Position numbers and translations under genes: made by a program
Shown here: in pieces, positions 61,409 through 64,000 of the stretch
Layout of the letters: each line of letters opens with the position of its first letter
How positions within the stretch are numbered: the stretch's first letter is position 1
The notes under the pieces: generated by a model
Seen by the model: the letters and a program-made list of their open reading frames with translations, nothing else
The model's database searches: none
Told to the model about the DNA's origin: nothing
Assembly: GCA_963777505.1 (NCBI GenBank)
Contig: CAVZQN010000004.1
Span: 480,001 to 544,000, forward strand
Reading direction: 5' to 3'
Length of the DNA: 64,000 nucleotides
Source of the DNA: an uncultured bacterium
GTDB taxonomy: Bacteria > Acidobacteriota > HRBIN11 > JAKEFK01

Positions 61409-61669
61409 ATGTTCGCCACATCCATCTCATCCATTATCGGCCTCGGAGCTTTAGTGTGCTGGATTATGGTTTTGATTCGCATGTTTAAGTCAGGAGTTCT
61501 GACAGGGATTCTAGGACTGGTTTGCGGTTTATATGCTTTTATCTGGGGATGGCTTCATTCAGGTGAAGGCCTGAGAAATGTGATGATCATTTGGACTATT
61601 TTGATCATTGCCGCTATTGCTTCAGGATTTTTCCTGGGATGGCCGGGAATGGTTCCTACAACATATTGA
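61409..61669 (+). CDS. Small 3-TM membrane protein
   Basis: RBS AGGAGG; hydrophobic 86 aa. Confidence 0.7.
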   Translation: MFATSISSIIGLGALVCWIMVLIRMFKSGVLTGILGLVCGLYAFIWGWLHSGEGLRNVMIIWTILIIAAIASGFFLGWPGMVPTTY

Positions 61670-61718
61670 AAAAATCGGTATTGATATTTTTTGAAGAAAC
61701 AAAATCAGGAGGCTGCTA

Positions 61719-62852
61719 ATGAAGGTTAAGTATGGACTCGTTGTGTTTCTTCTTCTACTTACTTTCATAATCCCCGCGTGTAAACAGGAAGCAAAGATTT
61801 ACAGAGTTGGAGCCGTGCTTCCCTTAAGCGGATCAATGGAAGCGTATGGAAGAAATGTCAAGAACGGGTTAATGCTTGCGTTAGATGAAATTAATGCCGC
61901 CGGCGGTATTAAGCGGAGAGGTGAGAGTGAAGGAAAGAATATAGACGTCATTATTGAAGATGATGGAACCGATGATAATAAAGCTGTTGAAAAAGCGAAG
62001 AATTTAGTAAAAACAGCTAGAGTTCCGTTAATCATTGGCGGAGTAACAAGCAGTACTGCTTTAGCACTCGCACCTGTCTGTGAAGCTGAAAAGGTAGTGC
62101 TACTATCTCCGACAGCCAGTTCACCGAAATTGTCGGGGGCCGGTCAATATGTTTTCCGTAACTATCCTTCCGATGCTCTTGAAGGACGCGTGATGGCCGA
62201 ATATGCAGTCCGGCGCATGAATGTTCGCGATGTAGCGATTTTCTTCATCGATAATGAGTACGGCCAGGGGCTGATGAGTGTTTTTAAGGAGCGATTTACC
62301 GGTCTTGGTGGGACAATCCAAATGGAACATGCATACCCGCAGGATGCTACGGATTTTGTTGCGCCTGTAAAACAACTCAAAGGGAATCCACCTGATGCCA
62401 TATATGTCATCGGATACTATGCGGAAATTACAAACATACTCAAGGAAATCGCCAAACAAAAAGTTGAGTCCAAAATTATCAGTGTCGAAGGATTAGTTCA
62501 ACCGATGGTTCTTGAAACTGCAGCGGATATTGTAGAGGGTGTTGTTTATCCTCAGCCTCACTACAATCCGGAAAGCCCGGATCCGAAGATTCAGGAATTT
62601 GTAAAAGCGTATCGTGCGAAGTTCAATACAAAACCTGATATTGATGCCGCTTTTGCTTACGATGCATTAAGAATTGTAGCAAAGGCCATTGAACAGAGTG
62701 CGAATTATCCTGTGGATCTGCGCGATAGAATTGCAGATGTAAGTATGCGTGGCATCATCGGTGATGTCAGTTTTGATTCCAACGGCGATGTTGATATTCG
62801 CCCGGAAATCTTTCAAATCAAAGGCGGCAAGTTCGTTCCGGTTGCAAAATAA
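61719..62852 (+). CDS. LivJ-type (branched-chain amino acid) substrate-binding lipoprotein, no transporter adjacent
   Basis: Lipobox-like IPAC; GAVLPLSG, EINAAGG, FRNYPSD, AYDAL. Confidence 0.88.
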   Translation: MKVKYGLVVFLLLLTFIIPACKQEAKIYRVGAVLPLSGSMEAYGRNVKNGLMLALDEINAAGGIKRRGESEGKNIDVIIEDDGTDDNKAVEKAKNLVKTARVPLIIGGVTSSTALALAPVCEAEKVVLLSPTASSPKLSGAGQYVFRNYPSDALEGRVMAEYAVRRMNVRDVAIFFIDNEYGQGLMSVFKERFTGLGGTIQMEHAYPQDATDFVAPVKQLKGNPPDAIYVIGYYAEITNILKEIAKQKVESKIISVEGLVQPMVLETAADIVEGVVYPQPHYNPESPDPKIQEFVKAYRAKFNTKPDIDAAFAYDALRIVAKAIEQSANYPVDLRDRIADVSMRGIIGDVSFDSNGDVDIRPEIFQIKGGKFVPVAK

Positions 62853-62912
62853 CGTTTAGTAACGCTTGGCAACAACCTGAAACGACTCTGTTTGCTAACT
62901 CAGGAGGAACGT

Positions 62913-63641
62913 ATGTTTAAACCAAGAACTCTAATCACAGCTTTTCTTTGTCTTTTTGCGATGGCTGTATATGCCGGAGACAAAATGGCAGCGGCTTCAC
63001 CCGATTGGCATATGAACGCTACAGTCATTGAAGCGTGCAGCTGTCCGATGTTTTGCCCGTGTTATTTCAACACTGCACCTGCAGGACACCATGATCATGG
63101 AAGCGGCGGAACAAAACATTTTTGCCGGGCAAACAATGCTTACAAAATTAACAAAGGCCATTACGGAAGTGTGAATTTAGACGGCGCTAAATTCTGGATC
63201 GCTACCGATCTTGGTGGAGATTTTTCCAAAGGTCAAATGGATTGGGCTGTAGTTTATTTTGATAAGCAACTCGCCAAAGAACAGCGCGATGGAATCGCTG
63301 CAATGTTGGCTCATCTTTTCCCGGTGAAATGGAACTCACTCACAACCGCTGAAGGTGTTATTGATAAATGGGAATTCAACAATGACACTGCTGTTGCGTT
63401 ACTTGATGGCGGTAAAACTGCCGAAGTCCGATTAAAACGTGTGGAACAATCCAATACAAAGGACCCGGTAGTTATTAAGAATTTGAAATATTGGGGCGCT
63501 CCACGTAATGATGGCTTCGTCTTGATGCCAAATACAGTGGAAGCCTATCGCGTAGGTCCAAAAGCGTTTGAGTTCAAAAATTCAAACGGATTCATGCTTA
63601 CGTTGGATATCAGTTCAAAAGACATTCAACCCGCGCCATAG
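62913..63641 (+). CDS. DUF1326-domain protein with signal peptide
   Basis: RBS AGGAGG + ATG 62913; EACSCPMFCPC...C, INKGHYGSVNLDG. Confidence 0.8.
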   Translation: MFKPRTLITAFLCLFAMAVYAGDKMAAASPDWHMNATVIEACSCPMFCPCYFNTAPAGHHDHGSGGTKHFCRANNAYKINKGHYGSVNLDGAKFWIATDLGGDFSKGQMDWAVVYFDKQLAKEQRDGIAAMLAHLFPVKWNSLTTAEGVIDKWEFNNDTAVALLDGGKTAEVRLKRVEQSNTKDPVVIKNLKYWGAPRNDGFVLMPNTVEAYRVGPKAFEFKNSNGFMLTLDISSKDIQPAP

Positions 63642-63647
63642 TAAATA

Positions 63648-63676
63648 GTAGGGGCGACCACAACGGACGCCCCTAC
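63648..63676. repeat. GTAG-type REP-like hairpin between convergent genes
   Basis: gtaggggcgaccacaacggacgcccctac. Confidence 0.7.
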
Positions 63677-63689
63677 ATTTCTCTCTCTC

Positions 63690-63995
63690 TTAATTCGAAC
63701 CTGCGGCGGAATCACCTTGTGGTGTGACATCAATCTTTTCTGCCGTGTTATTTTTGTCTGCCCAAACTGCTGCTTTGTCTCCGGGCTTTACTGTAAGTGT
63801 AGATGGACGCTTTCCATTTACAGTTACTTTCATACTTTTCTGAAACGTAAACGTCTTCGATTCTCCACCCACTTGCAGTGTAATGGAGTCCTTATTCATT
63901 TTCTCAACTGTACCTTCTACAGTGGCCTTTGCTGCATATGCAAAACCAGAAACGAGGAATACAGCAACCATTAGTATTGATATTCTTTTCAACAT
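63690..63995 (-). CDS. Small exported OB-fold-like protein
   Basis: Signal peptide AYA-A; VEGTVEK...LTVKPGDK pattern. Confidence 0.65.
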   Translation of the reverse strand: MLKRISILMVAVFLVSGFAYAAKATVEGTVEKMNKDSITLQVGGESKTFTFQKSMKVTVNGKRPSTLTVKPGDKAAVWADKNNTAEKIDVTPQGDSAAGSN

Positions 63996-64000
63996 GAACG

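Overview
A 64-kb, gene-dense piece of a diderm bacterial chromosome with moderate GC. Gene content and repeat style suggest Acidobacteriota, which is an inference. At least nine genes are split by single-base frameshifts, including the normally essential dxr, so the sequence is probably an unpolished long-read or MAG assembly. Housekeeping blocks are rel, rpiB-tal/pgi-gnd-pgl, tatA-tatC, truA and uppS-cdsA-dxr-rseP, followed by an LMW-PTP, a 7TM-GAF histidine kinase and a sigma54 response regulator. Accessory content includes a cluster of exported DUF proteins (2.3-8.9 kb), a TPR-2xcNMP protein, blaI-M56 with a clear operator, two tandem propeller-esterase fusions lacking catalytic residues, a PA-domain peptidase, a TPR-CHAT protease, and a lipoprotein + higBA cassette bracketed by inverted repeats. 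Several families of intergenic palindromic repeats are present. The best candidate for an undescribed system is 18.2-24.6 kb: a stand-alone ATP/ADP-translocase-family transporter, a POTRA-less Omp85 barrel and an exported HipA/PI3K-like kinase-fold protein. No rRNA, tRNA, CRISPR array or transposase was recognised.
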